Shown piece by piece: positions 37,119 through 46,051 of a stretch of 64,000 nucleotides of DNA; position 1 is the first letter of the stretch, and every line of letters begins with the position of its first letter. Both the position numbers and the translations under genes were made by a program. The notes under the pieces were generated by a model, which saw nothing but the letters and a program-made list of their open reading frames with translations, did not search any database and was not told the DNA's origin. The stretch comes from Burkholderiales bacterium (lineage in GTDB: Bacteria > Pseudomonadota > Gammaproteobacteria > Burkholderiales > SG8-39): positions 1,279 through 65,278 of the forward strand of contig DATEDA010000118.1 in the NCBI GenBank assembly GCA_035286595.1, in the 5' to 3' direction.

Positions 37119-37319
37119 TCGGGTCTCCCTGTGACCTGTGGGGCTTCGAGCAGGCAAGCTCGAAGATTATCGCTTGATGACATTGCAAATCCGTTTCAGC
37201 CCCTCACGAGAGGGGCGTCAGCCCCGCCGGCCCTGTTAAGATTCGACCTTTGCAATCAAGAGGTTTGGCGGGCCGACCCATGGGTGCGGGCTGGCGCCAG
37301 CGACCCTTCGCAGGCACGC

Positions 37320-37814
37320 ATGAAAGTGTTCGGCTTCGCCGGCTGGTCCGGCAGCGGCAAGACCACGCTCATCGAACAGCTCATCCCGCGGTTCGCCCGG
37401 GCCGGCCTCACGGTCTCGCTGGTCAAGCACGCTCACCACTCGTTCGACGTGGACCAGCCCGGCAAGGACTCGTACCGTCACCGGGACGCCGGGTGCAAGG
37501 AGGTCCTGGTCAGCTCGGACAAGCGCTGGGTCGTCATGCACGAGCTGCGAGGCGAGCCCGAACCAAGCCTCGACGAGCAGATCAAACGCGTGTCGCCTTG
37601 CGATCTGCTGCTGGTCGAGGGGTACAAGCACTATCCGATGCCGAAGCTCGAGATCCACCGCGAAGCGAACGGCAAGCCGCTCCTGCATCCGGAGGATCCG
37701 CACATCGTCGCGATCGCGGCCGACGTGCGGGTCGAGACCAAGCTGCCGCGATTCGACCTGGATGATCACGATCGGATCGCCGCCTTCATCCTCGCCTATA
37801 ACGGATTCAAATGA
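37320..37814 (+). CDS. mobB: Molybdopterin-guanine dinucleotide biosynthesis adapter MobB
   Basis: MKVFGFAGWSGSGKTTLIE P-loop. 164 aa. These are the C-terminal codons of a 527-aa artefactual track ORF. Confidence 0.85.
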   Translation: MKVFGFAGWSGSGKTTLIEQLIPRFARAGLTVSLVKHAHHSFDVDQPGKDSYRHRDAGCKEVLVSSDKRWVVMHELRGEPEPSLDEQIKRVSPCDLLLVEGYKHYPMPKLEIHREANGKPLLHPEDPHIVAIAADVRVETKLPRFDLDDHDRIAAFILAYNGFK

Positions 37815-39031
37815 CGAACGGCATGCTCTCCGTCGATGAAGCGCTGGCGAGGCTCCTCGCCGGCGCGCGGACCGTGAGCGAGGTCGAGACGATCCCGACG
37901 CTGGCCGCGACCGGGCGCGTCGTCGCGGGCGCTCAGGCCTCGACGCTGAACGTCCCGCCGCTCGACAACTCCTCGATGGACGGCTACGCGGTCCGCGCCG
38001 CGGACTGCACATCGGGGAGTGCGCGGCTGCGCATCGCCCAGCGAATTCCCGCGGGCGCGGTCGGCAAGCCGCTCGAGTCGGGATCGGCCGCCCGGATCTT
38101 CACCGGCGCACCGATCCCGCCGGGCGCCGACGCCGTGGTGATGCAGGAGGTATGCGCCGTCGAGGTCGACCACGTCGTCGTCAAGCACCAGCCGCAGCCC
38201 GGCGAATGGGTCCGACGCGCCGGCGAGGACATCCGCGCGGGAAGCACGATCCTCGAGGCCGGGACCCGGCTGCGGGCGCAGGAGGTCGGGCTCGCCGCGT
38301 CGGTGGGCCTCGCGTCGCTTCCCGTTTACCGCAAGGTGAAAGCCGCGTTGTTTTCCACGGGGAACGAGCTCGTCATGCCGGGCGAGCCGCTGCCCGCCGG
38401 CTCGATCTACAACTCCAACCGCTTCACGCTCACTGGCCTGCTGCGGACGATCGGCTGCGAGGTCGACGATCTCGGAATCGTCCCCGACACGCTCGCCGCG
38501 ACGCGCGACGCGCTGCGCCGGGCCGCGGCGGCGAGCGACCTCATCGTCACTTCGGGCGGCGTCTCGGTCGGCGAAGAGGACTACGTGAAGCCCGCGGTTG
38601 ACGCCGAGGGCCGGCTCGACCTCTGGCGGATCGCGATGAAGCCCGGCCGGCCGCTTGCGTTCGGCGGGGTCCGACGGGCGGACGGCACCGAGGCGAGCTT
38701 CATCGGCCTGCCGGGGAACCCGGTCTCCAGCTTCGTGACCTTCGTGCTGTTCGTCCGCCCGTTCGTGCTGCGCTGCCAGGGCGTGACCCGGCTCGAGCCG
38801 CACGCGTACTCGATCCGGGCGGATTTCGACTGGCCGAAGCCCGACCCGCGGCGCGAGTTCCTGCGCGTAAGATTGAACGCATCCGGCGGACTCGATCTGT
38901 TTCCGAACCAGAGCTCCGGCGTCCTCACCTCGACGGTCTGGGGCGACGGGCTGGTGGATAATCCATCGAAGCAGGCGATCAACCGCGGAGACGTGGTCCG
39001 GTTCCTGCCGTTCTCGGAGCTGCTCGTTTGA
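37811..39031 (+). CDS. moeA: Molybdopterin molybdenumtransferase MoeA (copy 2)
   Basis: NSSMDGYAV, TSGGVSVGEEDY, GLPGNPVSS. ATGA overlap with mobB. Confidence 0.9.
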   Translation: MTNGMLSVDEALARLLAGARTVSEVETIPTLAATGRVVAGAQASTLNVPPLDNSSMDGYAVRAADCTSGSARLRIAQRIPAGAVGKPLESGSAARIFTGAPIPPGADAVVMQEVCAVEVDHVVVKHQPQPGEWVRRAGEDIRAGSTILEAGTRLRAQEVGLAASVGLASLPVYRKVKAALFSTGNELVMPGEPLPAGSIYNSNRFTLTGLLRTIGCEVDDLGIVPDTLAATRDALRRAAAASDLIVTSGGVSVGEEDYVKPAVDAEGRLDLWRIAMKPGRPLAFGGVRRADGTEASFIGLPGNPVSSFVTFVLFVRPFVLRCQGVTRLEPHAYSIRADFDWPKPDPRREFLRVRLNASGGLDLFPNQSSGVLTSTVWGDGLVDNPSKQAINRGDVVRFLPFSELLV

Positions 39032-39291
39032 GCGCGAAACTCAAGCTGCTGTTCTTCGCCAGGCTTCGCGAGGACCTCGGCACCTCGGGCGAGGAGCTGG
39101 CGTTGCCCGCCGACGTCGGCACGGTCGCGGCGCTGCGCGCGCATCTCCTGGCGCGAGGCGGCGCGTGGGCAACCACGCTTGCGCAAGGCCGGGCGCTCCG
39201 CGTGGCGGTCAATCACGAGATGGCCGAGCCCGCGACACCGGTCCGGCCCGGCGACGAAATCGCGTTCTTCCCTCCCGTGACCGGGGGTTGA
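39028..39291 (+). CDS. moaD: Molybdopterin synthase sulfur-carrier subunit MoaD
   Basis: 87 aa ending in ...FFPPVTGG. The TTG start overlaps the moeA stop. Confidence 0.85.
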   Translation: MSAKLKLLFFARLREDLGTSGEELALPADVGTVAALRAHLLARGGAWATTLAQGRALRVAVNHEMAEPATPVRPGDEIAFFPPVTGG

Positions 39292-39293
39292 CG

Positions 39294-39764
39294 ATGGCGG
39301 TGCGCATCCAGACCGAGGACTTCGACGCCGGCGCCGAGATCGCCGCCCTGCGCGCGGGGAACCCGGCCGTCGGCGCGGTCGCGAGCTTCGTCGGCGTCGT
39401 GCGCGATCGCAACGACGGCGACGCGGTAGCCACGCTCACGCTCGAGCACTATCCCGGCATGACCGAGGGGGCGATCGAGGCGATCGTGGAAGAGGCGAGA
39501 TCGCGCTGGGCGATCATTGACGTCACGGTCGTCCACCGCGTCGGCGAGCTGAAGCCCCTCGACCAGATCGTGCTGGTCGTGGTTGCCGGCGGGCACCGCG
39601 GCGACGCGTTCGCCGCGTGCGAGTTCATCATGGACTACCTCAAGACCCGCGCGCCGTTCTGGAAAAAGGAGCAGACGCCGGAAGGCGCCCGCTGGGTCGA
39701 TGCGCGAGCCTCCGACGACGATGCAGCGGAACGCTGGGCGGGGCGCAAGAAGGACGTGGCCTGA
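39294..39764 (+). CDS. moaE: Molybdopterin synthase catalytic subunit MoaE
   Basis: 156 aa. GAVASFVGVVRD..., LEHYPGM, HRGDAF.ACEFIMDYLKTRAPFWKKE. Confidence 0.9.
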   Translation: MAVRIQTEDFDAGAEIAALRAGNPAVGAVASFVGVVRDRNDGDAVATLTLEHYPGMTEGAIEAIVEEARSRWAIIDVTVVHRVGELKPLDQIVLVVVAGGHRGDAFAACEFIMDYLKTRAPFWKKEQTPEGARWVDARASDDDAAERWAGRKKDVA

Positions 39765-39766
39765 GG

Positions 39767-39792
39767 GGGGGGCGCGCGGCGCGCCACCCTTT
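39767..39792 (+). terminator. Weak GC-rich hairpin after moaE
   Basis: G-run plus GGCGC-(GCGGC)-GCGCC with flanking GGG/CCC pairs, then only TTT. The structure is seen; its function is uncertain. Confidence 0.3.
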
Positions 39793-40160
39793 ACGCGCAA
39801 GTCGGCTCCCGTTACTATCGCCGCTGCTTCAGGGAGATGGCATTCCTCCCCTAACCGCCGCAAGGCTGATGATGCCTACATGACGCGCCCGACGACGGTG
39901 GCGGTGTAGGCCCTTCCGAAACCTCCACGTTGCTGCCGCCCGCGCGCGGGAATGGAGCGACTTCGAACGGAGGTGCCAGGTGTCTCTAGAACCGCCGCCG
40001 TCAGCGGAGCTTGTTGTCGAGGCGCGGCTCGAAGCCGCGACACCTTGCCGAGGGACGGGCGGGTTCGGCGGCGCGCGATGCAGGAGCGGCGCCGCTTCGA
40101 GCCCGAATGCTGGTAGCCGCCAGATCGCGGAGACGTCTATGGCCGACGCGGGGATTCGAC

Positions 40161-41360
40161 GTGGGTGAGGTCTGGGGACTGGCAGCGCTCTGGGTCGGGC
40201 TCGCTCTTCTCGCAACGCTTGTGTCGATCTGGTTGCGCATCGCCACTGCGCTCTCCGAGATCGCTGTCGGGACGATCGCTCAGCTGCTGATCGGCGTTCT
40301 GGTCGGCACCGCCGCGCTCGGCGCGGACCAACCGTGGGTGACGTTTCTGGCGGGCACCGGCGCGATCCTCCTCACCTTCCTCGCCGGGGCGGAGCTCGAC
40401 CCCGAGGTCTTCCGCCGGAAGTGGAAGGAGGCGACCGCAGTCGGGTTGATCAGCTTCTTCGTGCCGTTCCTCGGCTGCGCGGCGGCGGCCCGCTACCTGC
40501 TCGGATGGGATCCGATGGCGAGCTGGCTGGCCGGCATCGCGATGTCGACCACTTCGGTGGCGGTGGTCTACGCGGTCATGCTGGAATTCGGCTTCAACGT
40601 CACCGACTACGGCAAGACCGTGCTGGCGGCGTGCTTCATCACCGATCTCGGCACGGTCGTCGCGCTCGGCTTGATCTTCGCCCCGTTCACCTACAAGACG
40701 CTCGTGTTCGCCGCGGCAAACGCGGTGATGTTCATCGCATTGCCACGGGTGACGCCGCGGTTCTTCCGCCGTTTCGGCGGCAGACCCTCGGAGCCCGAAG
40801 CGAAGTTCCTGCTGCTCGGCCTGTTCGGCATGGGGGCGCTCGCGGTGTGGGCCGACAGCGAGCCGGTGCTGCCGGCGTACCTGATGGGCATGGTCTTGGC
40901 GGGAACGGTCGGCAAAGACCACGTGCTCATCCGGCGGTTGCGGACGCTCACCTTCGGGCTGCTGACGCCGTTCTACTTCATCCGCGCCGGATCGTTCGTC
41001 TCGGTCCCGGTGCTGATCGCGGCACCGGGTGCGTTCCTGCTGATGCTCGTCGTCAAAGTGACGGCCAAGATCGCCGGTGTCTACCCGGTTACGAAAGCCT
41101 TCAAGGCGCCGAACAAGGAGGCGATGTACACGACGCTGCTGATGTCCACGGGCCTCACGTTCGGCACGATCTCGGCGCTGTTCGGACTTTCGCACGAGGT
41201 GATCGATCAGGCGCAATACTCGGCGCTGGTGGCAGCGGTGATCGCGAGCGCGGTATTGCCGACCCTGATCGCCAACGCGTTCTTCATGCCGCGCCACTTG
41301 CTGCGCAAGGCGCACGGTGCCGAGGCGAGCACGCCGGCGCCGGCGGAGGAGATGAAGTGA
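40161..41360 (+). CDS. Cation:proton antiporter (CPA2/Kef-NapA-like)
   Basis: About 12 TM helices beginning at GEVWGLAALWVGLALLATLV, with AGAELD and MSTTSVAVV blocks. GTG at 40161 was chosen because the upstream 50 codons (open from TTG 40011) are Arg-rich and not membrane-like. Confidence 0.78.
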   Translation: MGEVWGLAALWVGLALLATLVSIWLRIATALSEIAVGTIAQLLIGVLVGTAALGADQPWVTFLAGTGAILLTFLAGAELDPEVFRRKWKEATAVGLISFFVPFLGCAAAARYLLGWDPMASWLAGIAMSTTSVAVVYAVMLEFGFNVTDYGKTVLAACFITDLGTVVALGLIFAPFTYKTLVFAAANAVMFIALPRVTPRFFRRFGGRPSEPEAKFLLLGLFGMGALAVWADSEPVLPAYLMGMVLAGTVGKDHVLIRRLRTLTFGLLTPFYFIRAGSFVSVPVLIAAPGAFLLMLVVKVTAKIAGVYPVTKAFKAPNKEAMYTTLLMSTGLTFGTISALFGLSHEVIDQAQYSALVAAVIASAVLPTLIANAFFMPRHLLRKAHGAEASTPAPAEEMK

Positions 41361-41364
41361 GGAG

Positions 41365-41787
41365 ATGACGATGTTCCAGCGGATCCTGCTCGCTTACGAC
41401 GGTTCCGAGCCGGCGCAGAAGGCCTACGGGGTAGCGGCTGACCTCGCGCGCAAGTACGGCGCCGAGCTGTTCGTCCTGACGGTCGCTCGACCGCCGGAGT
41501 TCGCCGAGGACGTCGAGACCGAGGCGATCATCGAGAACTCGCGCGACTACCACGAACGACTGCTCGTGCCGCTGCGCGAGCGGGCAGCGAAAGACGGCTT
41601 GCGGGCGCGCTTCGAGGTCGCGATCGGACATCCCGCGGAGCAGATCATCTACGGCGCCGACAGCGCGCAAGCCGACCTCATCGTGGTGGGGCATCGGGGG
41701 AAGACGTTGTTCCAGCGCTTGCTGCTCGGCTCGATCTCAAAGCAAGTCATCCAGTACGCGAACTGCCCGGTGCTCGTGGTTCGGTAA
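41365..41787 (+). CDS. Universal stress protein (UspA family)
   Basis: ILLAYDGSE..., [11 protein letters not shown]....LLGSISKQVIQYANCPVLVV. Confidence 0.85.
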   Translation: MTMFQRILLAYDGSEPAQKAYGVAADLARKYGAELFVLTVARPPEFAEDVETEAIIENSRDYHERLLVPLRERAAKDGLRARFEVAIGHPAEQIIYGADSAQADLIVVGHRGKTLFQRLLLGSISKQVIQYANCPVLVVR

Positions 41788-41810
41788 GTGGCCCGGCAGC
41801 AGGGGCGCGG

Positions 41811-42281
41811 GTGATCAAGATCGACGTCCCCGGGTTCGGACCGCTCCAGCTCGAGCACCTCGTGCTCGACTTCAACGGCACGCTCGCCGTCGATGGCGCG
41901 CTGCTGCCCGGGGTCGCGGAGCGGCTCGGGGCGCTCGGGTCAAGGCTCTCGATCCACGTCCTGACGGCGGATACGCACGGCACGGCCGCGCGGGCGCTCG
42001 CGGGCGTGGCGTGTTCGCTCGTCGTCGCGCCGGCCTCCGGTCAGGCCGAGGCGAAGCGGCGGTTCGTGGAGGCGCTGGGTGCCGAGCGCGTCGTCGCGAT
42101 CGGCAACGGCCGCAACGACCGGCTGATGCTCGAGGCCGCGCGGGTCGGGATCGCGGTCGTCCAGGCCGAAGGGGCCTCGGCTCAGGCGCTCGCCGCGGCG
42201 GACCTCGTGGTCCCGACCATCGCGGATGCGCTGGATCTGCTCGCGCATCCGCTGCGGCTGGTCGCGACGCTGCGCGACTGA
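41811..42281 (+). CDS. HAD-superfamily hydrolase (soluble P-type-ATPase-like)
   Basis: LVLDFNGTL (DxxGT), VAIGNGRNDRLMLEAA (GNGxND). GTG start. Confidence 0.7.
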   Translation: MIKIDVPGFGPLQLEHLVLDFNGTLAVDGALLPGVAERLGALGSRLSIHVLTADTHGTAARALAGVACSLVVAPASGQAEAKRRFVEALGAERVVAIGNGRNDRLMLEAARVGIAVVQAEGASAQALAAADLVVPTIADALDLLAHPLRLVATLRD

Positions 42282-42292
42282 CGCGTTACGCC

Positions 42293-42889
42293 TCAGGTCC
42301 TCAGCCTCACCCAGAGCGCCTCATCCCGCTCCAGCTCCTCGAGCCGCGCCTCGACTTCGTTCAGCGTCGCATCGATCTCGGGCAGCAGCACGTCCTGCAG
42401 CGCTCGCACCCGCCGCACCGTGCGACGGTACTCGCGGTAGAGCCGCTGGAGATTGCCGGCGAGCGCCGCCATCTCGACGAGCTTCGGCAGGAGGCGGGCA
42501 AATGCGGCGCGGCACGCCTCGGCTTCGGGGGACGGGTTGACCGCCGGCTCGGCGCGGCTCGCCCCGCGGTCGAGCCGCGCCTCGAGCATTGCCACGCCAA
42601 GCAGCGACTTTCGGGTCGTGCGGACCGTCTGCAGCGACGCGTCGGCCGCGGGGTAACACTGCAGGCCGTGCAGCCCGTGGCGCGAGGCGGCAGCCTGGAG
42701 CGCTTGCATGGCCAAACCTTGAAGCTCTCGCAACTCCGCGCGCATGGCCTCGAACCGCCGTACCTCGCGGAGCATCGCCCCCGCGAGCAGCAGGCACTTC
42801 TCATCCAGGAACGCGTAGCCTTCGCGCATCGTCCGGCGCTCGTCCCTGAGCGCGATGACCGCGCTTCGCGTCGGCGCGATTTCGCTCAT
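42293..42889 (-). CDS. atpD: V/A-type ATPase subunit D
   Basis: 198 aa, coiled-coil central-stalk pattern (...LLPEIDATLNEVEARLEELERDE). ATGA overlap with subunit B. Confidence 0.8.
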   Translation of the reverse strand: MSEIAPTRSAVIALRDERRTMREGYAFLDEKCLLLAGAMLREVRRFEAMRAELRELQGLAMQALQAAASRHGLHGLQCYPAADASLQTVRTTRKSLLGVAMLEARLDRGASRAEPAVNPSPEAEACRAAFARLLPKLVEMAALAGNLQRLYREYRRTVRRVRALQDVLLPEIDATLNEVEARLEELERDEALWVRLRT

Positions 42890-44268
42890 GCGGCCCGGTC
42901 GAGATAGCGCGCGATCTGCGCGTCCGACAGCCGCGAGAGCTCGGTTCGCGGGAGCGAACGCAGGCAGCTCCAGCCGGCCTCCATGCTCGCCTCGAGCGTG
43001 CGCGCCTCGGCCTGACCGACCAGGTCCTGCTCGAAGCGCGCGCCGAACGCGAGGTGCCTGCGGTCGGTCTCCGAGAGCCCTTCCTCGCCGACCACGCTCG
43101 CGAGCACGCGCGCCTGCGTTGCACGCGCGTAGGCCGCGTAGAGCTGGCTCGCGAGCGCGGGATGGTCGGGGTGCGTGCAGCCTTCCCCCGTGCCGTCCTT
43201 CATGAGCCGCGACAGGCTCGGCAACACGTTGACCGGCGGATAGACGGCGGCGCGATCCAGCTCGCGCGAGAGCACGATCTGCCCCTCAGTGATGTACCCG
43301 GACAGATCGGGAACCGGATGCCCGATGTCGTCCGAGGGCATGGTCAGAATCGGCAGCTGGGTGAGCGTGCCCTTGGCCCCGTGGAGGCAGCCCGCGCGCT
43401 CGTAGAGCGTGGCAAGGTCGGAGTACATGTAACCGGGGTAGCCCTTGCGCCCCGGCACTTCGCCCTTCGCGCCCGCCACCTCGCGCAGCGCCTCGCAGTA
43501 GTTCGTCAGGTCGGTCAGGATCACCAGCACGTGCTTTTCGAGCTCGAACGCAAGGTGCTCGGCGGCGGTGAGCGCGAATCGCGGCGTGAGCAGGCGCTGC
43601 GTGGACGAGTCGCTCGCGAGGTTGAGGAAGAGCGCGGCGCGCTCGAGCGCGCCGGAGCGCTCGAGCGAACGGCGGAAATAATCGGCGCTGTCGAACGGGA
43701 CGCCGATCGCTGCGAAGACGATCGCGAACTCCCCCGGCGCCGCGCCGCGCAGCCGTGCGTTGCACGCGATCTCGACCGCCATGCGGTCGTGGGGCAGGCC
43801 GCCGCCGGAGAAGAGCGGCAGCTTCTGGCCGCGCACCAGGCTGTTCATCAGATCGATCGCAGTGAGGCCGGTCTCGATGAAGTCGCGTGGCGTCGCGCGC
43901 GCGACCGGGTTGAGCGGCAGCCCCTCGATGCCGACCGTCCGGGTGACCGGGATCGGCGGCCCGCCGTCGATCGGCTCGCCGATGCCGTTGAAGATCCGCC
44001 CGAGGATGCCGGGCCCGAGCCCGAAGGTGATCGGCTCGCCGAGGAAGCGCACCGACGTCTCGGCGAGCGCAAGACCGGCGCTCGACTCGAGGAGCTCGAC
44101 GGTCAGATGGGTCTCGTCGATGGCCGCGACCCGCCCGAGCCGCGGCCGTCCGTCGGCCCCGCGCACCTCGACGGCCTCGTTCAGCCCGACCTCCAGCGTC
44201 CGGCGCAGGAAGAGCAGCGGCCCTTCGAGGCGCGTGGCGGCATCGCTGACGCTGACTCTAGGATGCAT
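42886..44268 (-). CDS. atpB: V/A-type ATPase subunit B
   Basis: 460 aa. GQKLPLFSGGGLPH, PGRKGYPGYMYSDLATLYERAG, TQLPILTMPSDDIGHPVPD. Confidence 0.9.
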   Translation of the reverse strand: MHPRVSVSDAATRLEGPLLFLRRTLEVGLNEAVEVRGADGRPRLGRVAAIDETHLTVELLESSAGLALAETSVRFLGEPITFGLGPGILGRIFNGIGEPIDGGPPIPVTRTVGIEGLPLNPVARATPRDFIETGLTAIDLMNSLVRGQKLPLFSGGGLPHDRMAVEIACNARLRGAAPGEFAIVFAAIGVPFDSADYFRRSLERSGALERAALFLNLASDSSTQRLLTPRFALTAAEHLAFELEKHVLVILTDLTNYCEALREVAGAKGEVPGRKGYPGYMYSDLATLYERAGCLHGAKGTLTQLPILTMPSDDIGHPVPDLSGYITEGQIVLSRELDRAAVYPPVNVLPSLSRLMKDGTGEGCTHPDHPALASQLYAAYARATQARVLASVVGEEGLSETDRRHLAFGARFEQDLVGQAEARTLEASMEAGWSCLRSLPRTELSRLSDAQIARYLDRAA

Positions 44269-46051
44269 GCGCTTCCCCGGCCGCGAGCGCGAGGAACTCG
44301 GCCTCCAGCTGCGCCTCGATCTCGTCGAACGCCTCGAGGCGACCCTCCGGGATCTCCTCGCCCATGCGGCGGAGAGGGCGGAGAATCTGCATCGCCGCGA
44401 TCTGATCCGGTGTAACGCCACGCGCGAGCCCGCCCTCGGCCTGGTCGAGGAAGTGAGCGAGGAGCCGCATCATCGCCGCCTGGCGCTCGGGGCCGGCGTA
44501 GCGGTCGACCGCGGAGAACGCGGACTGGCGGAGGAACGCGTCGTTCACGAGCTCGGCGCAGAACAGCGTGAGCTGCTGGCGGGGCGGCAGCGCGTCCTTG
44601 CCGATGATCCGGGCCATGCGATCGAGATGGGCCTGCTCGTCGAGGAGCGTGAGGAAGCGGCGCCGCAGGTCGAGCCACTCGTTCGCGCCGCTCGCGCTGT
44701 GGCTGCCGCCGGCGGGGAGCGACGAATACACGCGCTGCCACCAGTCCGCCATGTTCAGCGCATCCTCGGAGTAAGACTGCAGCGGGTCGATGGCGGGGTA
44801 GAAGCGCGCCTGCGCCCGCTTCGCGTCGAGCGCCCAGAACGAGCGGACGTAGCGCTTGGTGTGGCTCGTGACCGGCTCGGAGAAGTCGCCCGAAGGCGGG
44901 CTCACCGAGCCGAGCAGGGTCACCGAACCGATCTCGCCGGCGAGCGTCCGCGCCTTCCCCGCGCGCTCGTAGAACTCGGCGATCCGGCTCGACAGGTAGG
45001 CCGGATAGCCGCCTTCGCCCGGCACCTCGCCGAACCGGCCCGAGACCTCGCGCAGCGCCTCCGCCCACCGGCTCGTCGAGTCCGCCATGAGCGCGACGTG
45101 CAGGCCCTGGTCGCGGAAATACTCGGCGACGGTGACGGCGGTGTAGACGCTCGCCTCGCGTGCGGCGACCGGCATGTTCGAGGTGTTCGCGATGATGACG
45201 GTCCGCTCCATCAGCGGTCGGCCGCTGCGCGGATCCTCGAGCTTCGGGAGCTCGTCGAGCACGCCCGCCAACTCGTTGCCGCGCTCACCGCAGCCGAGAT
45301 AGACGATCACATCGGCGCTGCACGCCTTGGCGAGCGCTTCCAGGAGGATGGTCTTGCCGGTGCCGAAGCCGCCCGGGATCGCCCCCTTGCCGCCGAGCGC
45401 GATCGGGAAGAGCGAATCGAGGACCCGCTGACCGGTGATCAAGGGCTCGTCGCCCGGAAGCCGGTCGCGCACCGGCCGCGGATCGCGTACCGCCCAAAAG
45501 TGGCGCATCGCGACGGCGTGCGCCTTTCCGTCCTCGGCGCGGAGCCTCAGCACTGGCGCGTCGTCGGCGTGCTCGCCCGCTGCCGCGATGCTTACTGCCT
45601 CGCCCGACAAGCCCGGCGGCACGAGCACGCGCTGCTTCCTCCCCGTGGGCGGCAGGACTTCGCCGAACGGTTGTCCGGGTGCCACCCGATCGCCGGATGT
45701 CACGAGCGGCTGGAAGGGAAACACGAGCGAGCGCGGCGGGGTCATCCCGGGCTGGACGTGCCGGGTCGAGGGCCCGGGGAGCGGCCGCAGCAGACCATCG
45801 AAGATGTTGCCGAGCAGTCCCGGGCCGAGCTGCGCGCCAAGCAGCTCGCCCGCCCCGACGACCTCGACTCCGGGGCGCAGGCCCGTGGTGTCCTCGTAGA
45901 CCTGCGCGACGATTTCGTCCTCGTTGATCCGGATGACCTCGCCGAGCAGGGCGTGCGGCCCGACCCGGATCGCCTCGCGCAGCTTGAACGGGCCTTCGGC
46001 GCGCGCCCGCAGCACTGGTCCGCTGATCCACCTGATCCGCGCGACGCTCAC
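44258..46051 (-). CDS. atpA: V/A-type ATPase catalytic subunit A
   Basis: 597 aa. P-loop PGGFGTGKT, ERGNE, MADSTSRWAEALREVSGR, GSVSPPSGDFSEPVT. The GTG start overlaps the subunit E stop (GTGA). Confidence 0.9.
   Translation of the reverse strand: MSVARIRWISGPVLRARAEGPFKLREAIRVGPHALLGEVIRINEDEIVAQVYEDTTGLRPGVEVVGAGELLGAQLGPGLLGNIFDGLLRPLPGPSTRHVQPGMTPPRSLVFPFQPLVTSGDRVAPGQPFGEVLPPTGRKQRVLVPPGLSGEAVSIAAAGEHADDAPVLRLRAEDGKAHAVAMRHFWAVRDPRPVRDRLPGDEPLITGQRVLDSLFPIALGGKGAIPGGFGTGKTILLEALAKACSADVIVYLGCGERGNELAGVLDELPKLEDPRSGRPLMERTVIIANTSNMPVAAREASVYTAVTVAEYFRDQGLHVALMADSTSRWAEALREVSGRFGEVPGEGGYPAYLSSRIAEFYERAGKARTLAGEIGSVTLLGSVSPPSGDFSEPVTSHTKRYVRSFWALDAKRAQARFYPAIDPLQSYSEDALNMADWWQRVYSSLPAGGSHSASGANEWLDLRRRFLTLLDEQAHLDRMARIIGKDALPPRQQLTLFCAELVNDAFLRQSAFSAVDRYAGPERQAAMMRLLAHFLDQAEGGLARGVTPDQIAAMQILRPLRRMGEEIPEGRLEAFDEIEAQLEAEFLALAAGEAHAS

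Noticed and set aside
37173-37189. FNR/CRP-type box (TTGAT-N4-ATCAA) in CTTGATGACATTGCAAA
   Set aside because: Only the left half-site matches. The right half is TTGCA, not ATCAA.
39765-40160. tRNA, SRP RNA or 6S RNA in the long non-coding gap
   Set aside because: There is no GGTTCGAATCC-type T-loop or cloverleaf, and no SRP AGGTCCGGAAGGAAGCAGCC-type motif on either strand. It is kept as an unexplained structured leader in the findings instead.
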